Shown here: piece by piece, positions 38,023 through 49,109 of the stretch
Layout of the letters: each line of letters opens with the position of its first letter
Numbering within the stretch: the stretch's first letter is position 1
Virus record (IMG/VR): IMGVR_UViG_3300042691_038416
Location: 1 to 64,000 of that record
Reading direction: 5' to 3' (one strand)
Source: a virus
DNA length: 64,000 nucleotides
Position numbers and translations under genes: made by a program
Notes under the pieces: model-generated
Seen by the model: the letters and a program-made list of their open reading frames with translations, nothing else
Told to the model about the DNA's origin: nothing
Database searches by the model: none

Positions 38023-39444
38023 TTATTGATCTATATTAATTAATATTGTTGTATCTGTTGTTGGTGATCCAGGAACAGGTTGTGCTAACTTACCTATTGC
38101 TAGTAAATTTTGTTGTTCATCATATAAACCAATTGTTGTAATATAAGGTGAAAAATATGATTCTGTTACATATCCGTACACACTACCTGATGTATTATCT
38201 TGTATAGTACTAGGATTTAATGTGAAATTAAATTCATTTTCTCTAATAGTACATTTATATTGAGTTTCATAAATAGTATATGAACTTGAAAACGAACATG
38301 TGAAATTAGTAGCATCTACAAATCCAAATATAGTATTATTTACATTAATAGGTAATGGAGCTGTACCGTATACATAATTAGATCCATAAATAGCACTACC
38401 ATAAAGAGCGCTAAATACTGTTGAAGGAGAAATAGTAGCGCTAGAAGCAGCAGCGAATAGATCTTGATTTCCAGTCAATGTAACTATACCATGAGTATAT
38501 ATAATATTTCCTACTATATTGGAACCAGTTAATATATTTCCTTCACCATCATCATAAAATGAACTACTATCAAAACTCATTCTAAATGAATTTGGTTCTA
38601 TATATTCACCAAACACACCAGCGGGAATAGATAAAACACCTATATAGCTATTTGAGGCTGTTGGGAAAAATCTAGGGTAAGATAATGTAGTTTGTAAGTA
38701 ATTATCATAATGACCTTGACTACTTGCTGATCCTATATATCTATCTCCTTCAGAATCTCTTCCAGGAATTAGAACTTGTCTATTAACTGAGTCACTATAT
38801 GAGGAAGATAAATAATTTGAATAATATAATTGTTTTACAGAGTCATAAACTAGTCTTTGATATTGATATGAACCAGAGATTACATCATTTGTACCATCAT
38901 AAAAATAAGTTAATACACTAGCTGAATTAAAATAATTGTAGTTTCCTATGTAGCCAGTTACAGTTGAAGTTAAATTTAAAAATGATAATAAATTAACAGC
39001 AGATATAGTATATATTCCAGGATAATATGATGATGAAGCATTAATATGTGATGCTATTCTATTAGCTGTCATAGTACTATTTGATCCAGAGGGTATAAAG
39101 ATAGTGTTAAAATTATTAAGAGGAGTAGTACTACCTGTTATAACAAAAACAGTATCATTTATAGCAAATGAACTTGACCCAATAGAAACTGCTTGGTTAT
39201 GAAAATCAACTGTATTTACACCATATAATATAGCATTTACTCCAGGTGTTATAACAGTATATTCTCCAGTATATGGATCTATATTAGGACTAAAATCAAA
39301 TTGAGTAATATTTCGACCTAATAATCTACTAATACCAACATCAGAAGCTGTGAGTTCTGAGTTACCTTGAAAAGTAAATCCTTTACTTACCTGTAAAGGT
39401 GTAACAATAACATCGGATGTGAGAAGTTGTTTGTATGCACTCAT
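38023..39444 (-). CDS. Baseplate/tail structural protein
   Basis: C-terminal PYITTIGLYD...LLAIGKLAQP collar-like motif shared with the next gene. Confidence 0.65.
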   Translation of the reverse strand: MSAYKQLLTSDVIVTPLQVSKGFTFQGNSELTASDVGISRLLGRNITQFDFSPNIDPYTGEYTVITPGVNAILYGVNTVDFHNQAVSIGSSSFAINDTVFVITGSTTPLNNFNTIFIPSGSNSTMTANRIASHINASSSYYPGIYTISAVNLLSFLNLTSTVTGYIGNYNYFNSASVLTYFYDGTNDVISGSYQYQRLVYDSVKQLYYSNYLSSSYSDSVNRQVLIPGRDSEGDRYIGSASSQGHYDNYLQTTLSYPRFFPTASNSYIGVLSIPAGVFGEYIEPNSFRMSFDSSSFYDDGEGNILTGSNIVGNIIYTHGIVTLTGNQDLFAAASSATISPSTVFSALYGSAIYGSNYVYGTAPLPINVNNTIFGFVDATNFTCSFSSSYTIYETQYKCTIRENEFNFTLNPSTIQDNTSGSVYGYVTESYFSPYITTIGLYDEQQNLLAIGKLAQPVPGSPTTDTTILINIDQ

Positions 39445-39449
39445 TCATC

Positions 39450-40451
39450 TTAGAAATCTAACTTAACTCTTACTAATGCTTCTTTTGTAAAGTCTTTTAA
39501 TAAAGGTCTTGATAATTTAGCAACTGCTAATAATTCATTATTATCATTATATAATCCTATTGTAGTAGGAAAGGTTTGTGGGTTATTAATAAATGAATTA
39601 TAAATTACTTCACCTGTACTACCTGAAATAAAACTTGGATTTTCTGAGTAGTTAAACTCAGCATTTCTAGCTCGTATAAAAATATAATCAGATGAAATAG
39701 TTTCTTGACTATTAGCTGAGAATCCTCCTCCTAAATTTAAAGAATTAAATAGAGCTCTATAATTTAAACCATCTGAATTATTAGATTGGCTAGAGGCTAG
39801 TAATATAGATGAGCTAAGAGCTAGAGGATTTAGTAATACAGTTCCAATATCTGGAAGAAATAGACCATAAGAACCAGAAGCAGCACTGTAACCATTTGGG
39901 TTAGTAGTATTGACACTACCAGCAGATCCACTAACTAATTGAAAAACTCTTCCAGCATCATTAAAAACAATAGATGAAGCTACTAAACTATCATCTGTTA
40001 AAGATAAAAAACCTCCTGATCCTGATAATTTTAAAGTTAAGACTCCAGGAAGTAAAGATTGTTTATATCTATTTCTATCTACTGATATTACCCAAAAATC
40101 TGGTGATGTTATCCCACCAAAAGTAAAATCAGAATTTTCATTACCTAGAACTAAATTCCTATATTGACCATAAGTTGTTCTTGTTGGAGATTGTCCATTA
40201 ACCGCATTATTATATAAAGAACTACCACTACCATATTTGTTTCCATAAGCTACAGCAAATTGAACTTCAGCTGAATCATCATCTGAGGCAGTTTGGTAAA
40301 CATTTAGGTAAAAATCTCCAGAGGAACCGGCTTCTTGAACTGATGAACTATAAAAGACTGTTAATGTTGTACTTCCGTCTGTCCATAAAGGAGCTGTGAC
40401 AGAGTCAGAACTCACTACAAAATCTTCAGGTGCTAATCTATTAAATGACAT
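39450..40451 (-). CDS. Baseplate/tail structural protein
   Basis: PTTIGLYNDNNELLAVAKLSRP; paralogous C-terminus. Confidence 0.65.
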   Translation of the reverse strand: MSFNRLAPEDFVVSSDSVTAPLWTDGSTTLTVFYSSSVQEAGSSGDFYLNVYQTASDDDSAEVQFAVAYGNKYGSGSSLYNNAVNGQSPTRTTYGQYRNLVLGNENSDFTFGGITSPDFWVISVDRNRYKQSLLPGVLTLKLSGSGGFLSLTDDSLVASSIVFNDAGRVFQLVSGSAGSVNTTNPNGYSAASGSYGLFLPDIGTVLLNPLALSSSILLASSQSNNSDGLNYRALFNSLNLGGGFSANSQETISSDYIFIRARNAEFNYSENPSFISGSTGEVIYNSFINNPQTFPTTIGLYNDNNELLAVAKLSRPLLKDFTKEALVRVKLDF

Positions 40452-40470
40452 ATTTTATATAAATTTATTT

Positions 40471-41124
40471 TTAGGATATTTTTGTTACAGTGACAGGAAT
40501 TGTTAAACGAGCTCCACTATCTCTACCTTCAACAGTTAATGTTGCTTGTAATTGAGTATTAGAACCAAATAATGTATTTACAGTAGTTGCTCTTATATTA
40601 ATTGTTGTACCTACAACTGTTTTAGAAACACTAGTTCCTAATGTAGTAGTACTATTTAATGCTTGAGCGGAAGGTGTATTAATACCTACTCCTTCAAATG
40701 TACTCATTAAACGAACATCAGAAATAGTTGCAGTATAACCAGAAGTTTCAAATGTATTACCACCAAAATAATTTAATGTTTGAGGTGTGATTGCTAATGA
40801 AGCACCTTGTTTAATTACAATAGCTGAGTAACCTAAATCAAGAATAGGCATTTTAGCTGTACCACGAGGAAGTGTAACTAATTTATATTTCATAATTTGA
40901 GTTTCCTCAGGAAATGCTTCTAACAAAGGCATATTTACAATTGCTTCACCATAATATGCTGAGCCTGATGGGTGACTAGGATTATATAATGTATAATCAA
41001 CTTCATCATCTGCTAAAGCAAATTGTGTAATTCTAAATGAACCATCATTTTTCGCTAATAATTGTCTTCCTTTTGTTGTTAAAATCGCGTCTACTGTTAC
41101 AACTGCGTTATTTAAATATCCCAT
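40471..41124 (-). CDS. Baseplate/tail structural protein
   Basis: DAILTTKGRQLLA...ITQFALADDEVDY; late motif upstream. Confidence 0.65.
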   Translation of the reverse strand: MGYLNNAVVTVDAILTTKGRQLLAKNDGSFRITQFALADDEVDYTLYNPSHPSGSAYYGEAIVNMPLLEAFPEETQIMKYKLVTLPRGTAKMPILDLGYSAIVIKQGASLAITPQTLNYFGGNTFETSGYTATISDVRLMSTFEGVGINTPSAQALNSTTTLGTSVSKTVVGTTINIRATTVNTLFGSNTQLQATLTVEGRDSGARLTIPVTVTKIS

Positions 41125-41174
41125 GGGTTATATATTATTATATATTTTATTATAAATATTATTAAGTTTTATTT

Positions 41175-44100
41175 TTATATTAAAGTTCTTTCTCTAAGAC
41201 TAACAGCTATATTATCAAAATTCTGTCTTAATTCATTAGTAGAATACTCTGGGAGTAAAAATCCACTACCACTAAGAACTACATTATCTATGACAACAAA
41301 ATTAGGATGAGGATGGAAACGTCTAATTAAAAATGAATTTAGGTTAGTTCCATCAGTTATATCTCGATCTAAATTTAAAACTAAACTTGGAGTCACGCCA
41401 AATATATTTGAAATAGTTCCAATAAAATTATTAGATATAATATATAAACCAGTTTGATCTTGTTCCGCTACTCCGCTTGCTGAGTAAAATCCTGTACCTG
41501 TTATACCAACACTAGAGGTATTTCCACCAGCTATACTGACATCTATATCACCACTAGTATAACTAGTTACTTCAAAATAAATAGTATATAATTGAGTGTA
41601 ATCAAAACCTTGATATGAAGTTTGATCAAATTGAAGAGAATTGGCTCCAAATACTCCAGGAGGTCCCCCAGTGCATGTAGCAGAAGTAGCACTATTAATA
41701 GTCCAATTCACATTAGCACTCCATGAACCTGGGGCGTTATAATCTGAGTATGGTGTTTCACCAGCTATAACATCAGTTATACTAGCGCTACCTATAGTGT
41801 AAGTTTGAAGTTCATCTCCTTCAAATCTTATTTGATCTCCTGAGTTTATAACAAAAGGCAAGCATGGAGCATATCCATGGTCTGGGGCATAAGATTGATA
41901 TACTGGATTACTTGGAGTGTATAAAGGTAAAAGCTGTGTACTATGTATAAGATTTTTAGGTGTACCATCTAATTGTGATCCTGTAGTCCAATAATCGCTT
42001 ATATTAATAGATGCTGTAACACTTGTTGGAGGAGGGGTTTGAGTGACTAAAACTCTTGTTGTTGGTTTAAAATATAATCTATAATAGCTACTAGGATTTA
42101 CAAATCTATATCTATATAAATCTCCAACTACAGGAACAAATTGATCTTGTAAAAGCCAATTATTAGATTTATTTGTATTACTTTGTCCTTGAACATATGT
42201 TCGACTATTAAAAGGAGTATAAGCAGCGGTGGACCAAGAAGAACCTCCATCTGTTGATTTTTCTAAAAATAAATTTAAATTATAACTACTATAGTTAGGT
42301 ACAGTAGTTGGATTAGATAATTCAAAATCAGCATAAAGAGCAAAACTTATTTTCACATTATTACTGCCACTAATTACTTCAATCCAATTATTTCCAGCGT
42401 TAAGTTGAATATAAGGAGATGCTAAAGTAGTATAATCTAAATTTAAAATTATTTGAGAATTAAAATCTAATAATTGATTAGGTACAGTTGTTGAATATCT
42501 AGAAAGATAATTTATAGGATCAGAAGCTACAGCTGAACCAGAATCACCAAAAGTTATACCATCTTGAATATTAAATCCACTTCCTGTTTGTGTATATAAT
42601 ATAGCTCTAGGTATAGTTCCAGGTCTTATTACTCTTTTATTACCAATAAATAATTTGTCTCCATTTTCTGCCTCAATAATAATATTAGCATTTTTATTTG
42701 TCTCAAAATTATCTATTAAATTTGAATAATATGAACCTGTTAATGTTGGTGTTTGAATAACACCATCTTTATCAATTAAATATAAAATATGAGCAGCAGA
42801 TTTATCTATTAATTCAGCTGTAGTATCTTGTATATAATCAAAATATGCTAAATATGTTTGTAATTGTTCAACATTAGCTAAATTAGAAGCATTATTAGAT
42901 ATAGCTACATCATTTAATTCTATATCAGATAACTCAGTACTTGTAAAACCAATAGAATATGGTAAATTATAATTATTACTAGTTGTTCTTACTCCTTCAT
43001 ATCTTGGACGAGTATTAGCGCTAGCATTATATAAATAATCATTTATTTCAGCTTGTTCAGCTGTGCCATTTATAATTTGCTGTAAATTTGAAGGAATAGT
43101 TCCACCATCTTCATAAAGTACTCTTTGATGAGTTTGACTAATATCATTTCCATTAGCATTATTCATTAACACATCACAATCACTATTTCTAAATGTACTT
43201 AATAAATAAGGCTCAATTACAACTGAGCTAGTAGCAGTTTGAGGAGACTGTGACTGAGTCATAGTCCAAAATACATTACTTAAAGAAATAGGAGCGTTTA
43301 GATTTTTAGTTTCTAACCAATAGCTTGTTTCTCCTAAAAATTGATAACTAGCTATACCATTTAAAGCTACAGTTTGATTATTTCCAGCTGGAATAGTTAT
43401 AAGACTACTAGTTTTTACTGGGGTAAAATAGTTAAAATCACTTGTACTCCAAAATCCAAAACTAAAACTAATAGGTACAGCATTATAGTTAGTAGCTGTT
43501 ATAGAAGCGGAATATGTTATATTACAATTTGGAGTATTAGCAAATTGATAAAATGCTCCTCCTATTTGTCCTGAGGCATTATTTATTACATTCCAATTAC
43601 TAATATAATATAAACCAGCTGAGGCAGATGGATCAGCTGAGGAGGCTGAGAATGCGTAATTAAAAACATTATCATCTGCGTAATAAGGTATATCATACCA
43701 TTCTTTAGAATTTACTTTATATAAATAATAAGTTGGATATTCTGTTATATTTTCTACTGTTAAAACTATTTCACCTACAGTTACTTCTGAGTCTGTCCAT
43801 ATAAAATGTGTTAATTCTTGTAATGATAAAGTATTATCATTTCCTTCTTGATCAAATCTAGCTACTTTAATATAATCAATAGTATACGTTTCAATATTTG
43901 GAAAAACTTCAGTATTTAAATCAACATTATAATGCATTAAGAACTGTCCGTTATATGGAAGAGTATTTTTATTTAAAAAAGTATCTAAAGACGAAGTAGA
44001 ACCATTAACAATACCATCAGTATAAGAAGTAGCATATGGAAACATACTATAACTAATTGTTGTAGTACCTACTGTTAAAAATTGCTCACATTGAGCATCA

Positions 44101-44420
44101 TTTAAACTCCCATCACTAACTACATAATTTGAACCACTAAATTCTCCATCAATGAATTCCTCCATTGTATTATGAATATATGGAACTATACCTAAAGGAG
44201 TAACAATAGATTCAGACCAAGATTGAGTAACATTTACTACTAAATCTACTGTATAGTTTGTACCTGGAATAAAATTTGGCCAAGCTTTAGCATCACTTCC
44301 TGTAATATGTTCTATTGGAAATGATTGATCATCTGTAGAAGAAATATATGTTCTTTGTCCATATGATTGAGTAGCTATACTACCTATTGATCCTGTTATT
44401 GTTATATCTTGCAACGGCAT
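41175..44420 (-). CDS. Large virion structural protein (baseplate/fibre)
   Basis: 1081 aa, beta-rich, S/T/N-rich, within baseplate operon. Confidence 0.6.
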   Translation of the reverse strand: MPLQDITITGSIGSIATQSYGQRTYISSTDDQSFPIEHITGSDAKAWPNFIPGTNYTVDLVVNVTQSWSESIVTPLGIVPYIHNTMEEFIDGEFSGSNYVVSDGSLNDAQCEQFLTVGTTTISYSMFPYATSYTDGIVNGSTSSLDTFLNKNTLPYNGQFLMHYNVDLNTEVFPNIETYTIDYIKVARFDQEGNDNTLSLQELTHFIWTDSEVTVGEIVLTVENITEYPTYYLYKVNSKEWYDIPYYADDNVFNYAFSASSADPSASAGLYYISNWNVINNASGQIGGAFYQFANTPNCNITYSASITATNYNAVPISFSFGFWSTSDFNYFTPVKTSSLITIPAGNNQTVALNGIASYQFLGETSYWLETKNLNAPISLSNVFWTMTQSQSPQTATSSVVIEPYLLSTFRNSDCDVLMNNANGNDISQTHQRVLYEDGGTIPSNLQQIINGTAEQAEINDYLYNASANTRPRYEGVRTTSNNYNLPYSIGFTSTELSDIELNDVAISNNASNLANVEQLQTYLAYFDYIQDTTAELIDKSAAHILYLIDKDGVIQTPTLTGSYYSNLIDNFETNKNANIIIEAENGDKLFIGNKRVIRPGTIPRAILYTQTGSGFNIQDGITFGDSGSAVASDPINYLSRYSTTVPNQLLDFNSQIILNLDYTTLASPYIQLNAGNNWIEVISGSNNVKISFALYADFELSNPTTVPNYSSYNLNLFLEKSTDGGSSWSTAAYTPFNSRTYVQGQSNTNKSNNWLLQDQFVPVVGDLYRYRFVNPSSYYRLYFKPTTRVLVTQTPPPTSVTASINISDYWTTGSQLDGTPKNLIHSTQLLPLYTPSNPVYQSYAPDHGYAPCLPFVINSGDQIRFEGDELQTYTIGSASITDVIAGETPYSDYNAPGSWSANVNWTINSATSATCTGGPPGVFGANSLQFDQTSYQGFDYTQLYTIYFEVTSYTSGDIDVSIAGGNTSSVGITGTGFYSASGVAEQDQTGLYIISNNFIGTISNIFGVTPSLVLNLDRDITDGTNLNSFLIRRFHPHPNFVVIDNVVLSGSGFLLPEYSTNELRQNFDNIAVSLRERTLI

Positions 44421-47400
44421 TAGTTTGGTATATTAAGTATTTTTGATGTTGGACTTCCTACAAAAGCAATTGTACTTTGTGTGTTAGCTCTAGGTTGAGG
44501 ATATCTACATCTTTCTAATAATGTTTGTTTTATTACTAAACCTGAAGCTAAACCTGCTCTGGCAGGAGTAAAATCTTTAATCATTTTAAATAATGAATTA
44601 TCATAAAATTTAATTAATCTAATATAATCATTCAAGTCATAATTATGAGTATATTTAGAGAAATAATAATCTCTTAGTCTATTAAAATCAGGATAATAAT
44701 TTAATGAACCAGAAGTTGTTAATGATAATAATTGTCTTGGATCACCAATATATGAACCTATATTGAAATATCCAAGCTGAGCTATAATATCATCATTAAT
44801 TTCATCTTGAGGTGAAAAAGCAGCCTCAACATAATTCACATCTTTTGTAAATGTTTCATTAGCTGGGGAATATTGTTGAATAGATATATATTGAGATAAA
44901 GTACTACCTGATGGTAAAACCATATCTACTATTCTAATTTTTTCAGATACTGAGTTTTTAATACCAGCTACAAATTGATTTTGGTATATAGTTTCAGTAT
45001 TAGGTTCAAAAGTGAAAGTACCATTTAATATATAATTACTATTTCCAGATGTAGTAAAAGATTCAGTAGGAGGAATAAAGGAAATAGCAGGATGAATAGA
45101 TTCTCGTGTTGTTAGAGAAGCATTATTATCTAACATTGTTCCTAATGGTGCTCTAAAATATAAAGAATTAGGTGTTGAATTTGATCCAATTTGTGAGTTT
45201 CCTTCTATTGAATATGGATTCATTGTATAATCTTTAAAAGCATCAACATTTAAAGTATCAGCTGAGCTGGAGTAATAGTAAACTCTCCATTCTTGAAAAG
45301 AGCCAGAGAATGGATAACAAGTTTTACCATTTACAGTTCTAAAAGTTGAATTTGAGAGATATTGAGTAGCAGGTGTTATAAAAGAAGGGCTAGTTGTAGA
45401 AGAAGAAGCTATAAAACCTATATTACTACCATCATAACCTTCATATATATTATTAGCTGCGTATAAAGTAGCATTAGTTCCATCTAATGTTAACATTACA
45501 GACCACCATTCACCATTATAAAAAGGTAAACTTAATGTACATGAACTTCCTCCACCAAATTCTTGAAAAAATTCTAAAGTAGCATATTCATTATTAGTAT
45601 CAGGTATAGATCCACTATATGATCCACTAGTATACCCAGTACCACTATATGTTAAAGTTATATATTTTCGAGCTGAGATAGCAGGTACTGTCCACCATAA
45701 TAATTCAGAGTATGGAGAAGTAGGAGGAATACCATTAGTTTTAAATCTAAATTGTATAGTAGTTGGATTAAGAGAGTTTTCACTATCATCAAGATTTGTT
45801 GAAATATATCCATTTCCTTCAGAATAAAAAGCATAATTAAACTGTTCAATAAAGTTATCCCATGACTGATCTTGGTATGATTTACCACCAAATTCATTTA
45901 TACGAACAATAGTATCAGGAATACCATATATATTTAATAATAAATTTAAACCTTCTGTTGTTCCTTTTTTCTTAAGTAAAGCTGGTAAGTTATGATAAAT
46001 TCGTTTATAAATTTCTTTATTAATATCATCTACGGGTTCTAAAGAACTAGTAGCTGAGGCAGTTATAAATGTATTAACATACTCATATCCTGATGGTGTA
46101 GGTAAAGAACCTGTAGTATAAGGAAGATTATATAAGCTACCTGATGGAGTAATACCTAATAACGCCGAGTATAGATCATTTGTTGAAAAATTATTTTGAT
46201 ATATTTTAACTCCTAAATCTCGAATAGCTTGTGCTACTATATCTTTAGAAATACCATAATTTAATCTATTATCAGCATCAAATTTGTTAGTTATATCTTT
46301 TAAATAAACCCAAACATTATCAAAATTTTGACCAATCATTTGAATAAATAATTTATATTGGTCATTATTTGGATCATCAATTAAATAATTAGGTATTGTA
46401 TTTGTTAAAATATCCATATTCTCCTCATCATAAAGAGAAGCTGAAATACTTTGAGTTGTAAACCAATTTAAGGCAGGAACAGATGTTGTTAATTCATTTA
46501 CATATGGATAAATTGAATTAGTTTTAGGCCAAGCATAACTACTAGATTCATAGTAAAGATAATATTCATAACCATCAAAGTTAGTTATAATATCATCTAT
46601 TTTATTTTGCCATATAATTTGACTACCTGAAGTATATAAATTTAAAGGAAGACCACTGTCAGAATAACTAGCACTATAATTATATTGTTCTATTAGAGAT
46701 AATTTATAGTAAAAATTTTCTAAACGAGTTTGTGCTGAAGAAAAATGAATAAAATTTGAATAATCAGTATAATCTATATTTATCTCAATACCTTTCTCAG
46801 CTAAAATACTATTTATTTGATATAGTAAACTTCCTGATCCTAATGAAGAATAATTTTGAGTTAAAATATTTTGATTAAAATAAGGTGTTGAATTATTAAT
46901 TTGATCTTGAATTTCAAGATTAAAATTAGGACCACCTATATAATTAAATTCCTCCTCAGGAGAAAATATAGTTGTTAATTCAATTTGATATGCTTGAGAT
47001 TCAGCTATTTGTTCTACAACCCAACATTGAGAATTAATTATAAATTCATCTGGTAAAGGATCATATAATTTAATTAAAACTGTTGGATCATTAGGATTAG
47101 TATTATCTAAAGCAATATTATTAGCTATAACTAATTTATTTTCTCCAAAATTCAAAGCAAAATCTAAATACACACCTGTAGAATTAGCTATTTGATTTGC
47201 TAATTGGATTGTTAAATCAGCTACATCAATATTAGAAATTTGAGTTGTATTTAATCTTAACTCAGTTCTATCAGAACTTATATCTTGAATATAAAATGTA
47301 CTATTAGGAGAAGAAGATAATTTTCTCTTTAAAAAATTATAAACAGTATAATATTGACCTTCTGTAAATCCTTGTGATTCTAAATCATTTTGAGGATCAA

Positions 47401-47626
47401 TTGTAACTAAATTATCTCTAAGAGTATAATTAGGATATCCAGCTACATTTTGATATAAAACATTTTCATTAAAATCTAAAATAAAATATTCAAGATAATC
47501 CTCAGATGGATTAAAAATTATATCTTGTTGAGTGAAATTAGATATAAGAGATTCATCTTCAACTGAGTAGTTTTGTAGTTGAAAAGTATTTGGGTCTACA
47601 TTTTGTATATTTACTATTTTATCCAT
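44420..47626 (-). CDS. Baseplate wedge protein (gp7/P2 I-like region)
   Basis: IYHNLPALLKKKGT...GI...EFGG and IKDFTPAR patterns. Confidence 0.6.
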   Translation of the reverse strand: MDKIVNIQNVDPNTFQLQNYSVEDESLISNFTQQDIIFNPSEDYLEYFILDFNENVLYQNVAGYPNYTLRDNLVTIDPQNDLESQGFTEGQYYTVYNFLKRKLSSSPNSTFYIQDISSDRTELRLNTTQISNIDVADLTIQLANQIANSTGVYLDFALNFGENKLVIANNIALDNTNPNDPTVLIKLYDPLPDEFIINSQCWVVEQIAESQAYQIELTTIFSPEEEFNYIGGPNFNLEIQDQINNSTPYFNQNILTQNYSSLGSGSLLYQINSILAEKGIEINIDYTDYSNFIHFSSAQTRLENFYYKLSLIEQYNYSASYSDSGLPLNLYTSGSQIIWQNKIDDIITNFDGYEYYLYYESSSYAWPKTNSIYPYVNELTTSVPALNWFTTQSISASLYDEENMDILTNTIPNYLIDDPNNDQYKLFIQMIGQNFDNVWVYLKDITNKFDADNRLNYGISKDIVAQAIRDLGVKIYQNNFSTNDLYSALLGITPSGSLYNLPYTTGSLPTPSGYEYVNTFITASATSSLEPVDDINKEIYKRIYHNLPALLKKKGTTEGLNLLLNIYGIPDTIVRINEFGGKSYQDQSWDNFIEQFNYAFYSEGNGYISTNLDDSENSLNPTTIQFRFKTNGIPPTSPYSELLWWTVPAISARKYITLTYSGTGYTSGSYSGSIPDTNNEYATLEFFQEFGGGSSCTLSLPFYNGEWWSVMLTLDGTNATLYAANNIYEGYDGSNIGFIASSSTTSPSFITPATQYLSNSTFRTVNGKTCYPFSGSFQEWRVYYYSSSADTLNVDAFKDYTMNPYSIEGNSQIGSNSTPNSLYFRAPLGTMLDNNASLTTRESIHPAISFIPPTESFTTSGNSNYILNGTFTFEPNTETIYQNQFVAGIKNSVSEKIRIVDMVLPSGSTLSQYISIQQYSPANETFTKDVNYVEAAFSPQDEINDDIIAQLGYFNIGSYIGDPRQLLSLTTSGSLNYYPDFNRLRDYYFSKYTHNYDLNDYIRLIKFYDNSLFKMIKDFTPARAGLASGLVIKQTLLERCRYPQPRANTQSTIAFVGSPTSKILNIPN

Positions 47627-47988
47627 TATATTTGTGAACTTGAAACTTGTAATTCTACTATTTGTTGATTAAGTTCTAAATTTTGTTGTTGTAATAAATT
47701 TATCTCATCTATTAAAGCTTGAATATCATCACTCATAGGAGTAAAATTAATATATTCAGAACTTGTCTTCACAAGATATTCATGTGAATTAGTAGCTCCT
47801 TCTTTTGGAATTTGAAGAAATAATTGTTGATAATCTTGAAAAAATTGATCAACAGTTATCGTAGGGGCAGTTAAAGCCGCTTGTTCAGCTGGAGTAATGG
47901 TAGTGGCTAATTGAGAAAATTTAGTATCTATAACTCTCTCATATTGACTCTTAACATATACTTTTTTATTTAAATTAACTGTTTCCAT
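47626..47988 (-). CDS. Hypothetical baseplate-operon protein with coiled-coil tail
   Basis: 120-aa ORF, translationally coupled. Confidence 0.55.
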   Translation of the reverse strand: METVNLNKKVYVKSQYERVIDTKFSQLATTITPAEQAALTAPTITVDQFFQDYQQLFLQIPKEGATNSHEYLVKTSSEYINFTPMSDDIQALIDEINLLQQQNLELNQQIVELQVSSSQI

Positions 47989-49100
47989 TATCCGTTAACT
48001 ATTTTAAAGTAATAATTATCATCTAATACTATTGTATTACCATTAATAATAGTTTTAATTAGTATTTTATAATATCTTTCAGGTTCTAAACCATTCATAT
48101 ATAAAGTAAAATAACTACTTGTCTCATCAATACTTAATTTAGTATAAGTAGTATCAAAATCAATTACAAATTCATTTGTATCTAAATCTTTAATAGCATA
48201 ATATGATGAGGTTGGTAGATAATAATTTTGTGTATAATATGAAGATGTTGAGAATACTCTAGCAGGATATTGAGGTCTAGAATTAACTCTAAATTTATTT
48301 ATACTTTCTGTATAGAAAACACCTGGATTTTCACTTATGGTTATTGTTAAAGGTAATGTATTAAGTGTTGTAATTGTAGATGATCCAGTATTAATTATAC
48401 AATCGTTCCATTTAAATTCTAAACAAGGAGGATATATAGTATGAGTATCAATTGAAAAATATTTAATTTTTGGTTGAATATCTTCATTATTAATAAATTC
48501 ATCTTTTTGTTTAACAATGAATCCATTATTACTATATGATCCACTATACCAAGCTTTAACTATATTTGTTGTATTAATATTTAAATCTTTATCTGAGTAG
48601 AATCCAAATATTTGAGATCCACTTAATGATTGAGTTACATACCATGTACCACCACCTACTGCTACTGATGATGAATATGAACCAGTTGTTCCTGGATTAA
48701 AAGTTCCATCTGTCCATTCACTTCCACTATAAAAATCTTTCCATACCCAACTAGCTCCATTTTGAACTTCAGGAGAAAGAAGATATTTTCCTGTTCCCAT
48801 ATTCCAAGATTGAGATACAGGATATACTTCTAATGTAGTATCTGAATTTAAAGCTGAGATATCTGCTATAAAACATTTTAAATATGAATCCCATTGTGAA
48901 CCAGATATTTTATTATTAATAATATCTGATATTTCTGTAGATGAGAATTGGATTAAAAATCTGCTTGCTTGAGGAGAAGGATTAGGTAGAGTACCTACTT
49001 CTAAAGATGCTTCTAATATTGGATCCATTCCTGTATTCATATTGGGATAAGATGAATATAGGGTTGTGTCTTGAGTTGGGAATATTTTATATACTGCCAT
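47988..49100 (-). CDS. Virion structural protein (beta-sandwich)
   Basis: 370 aa in baseplate operon; DTTLYS and PPCLEFKW. Confidence 0.55.
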   Translation of the reverse strand: MAVYKIFPTQDTTLYSSYPNMNTGMDPILEASLEVGTLPNPSPQASRFLIQFSSTEISDIINNKISGSQWDSYLKCFIADISALNSDTTLEVYPVSQSWNMGTGKYLLSPEVQNGASWVWKDFYSGSEWTDGTFNPGTTGSYSSSVAVGGGTWYVTQSLSGSQIFGFYSDKDLNINTTNIVKAWYSGSYSNNGFIVKQKDEFINNEDIQPKIKYFSIDTHTIYPPCLEFKWNDCIINTGSSTITTLNTLPLTITISENPGVFYTESINKFRVNSRPQYPARVFSTSSYYTQNYYLPTSSYYAIKDLDTNEFVIDFDTTYTKLSIDETSSYFTLYMNGLEPERYYKILIKTIINGNTIVLDDNYYFKIVNG

Positions 49101-49109
49101 TGTTTATTT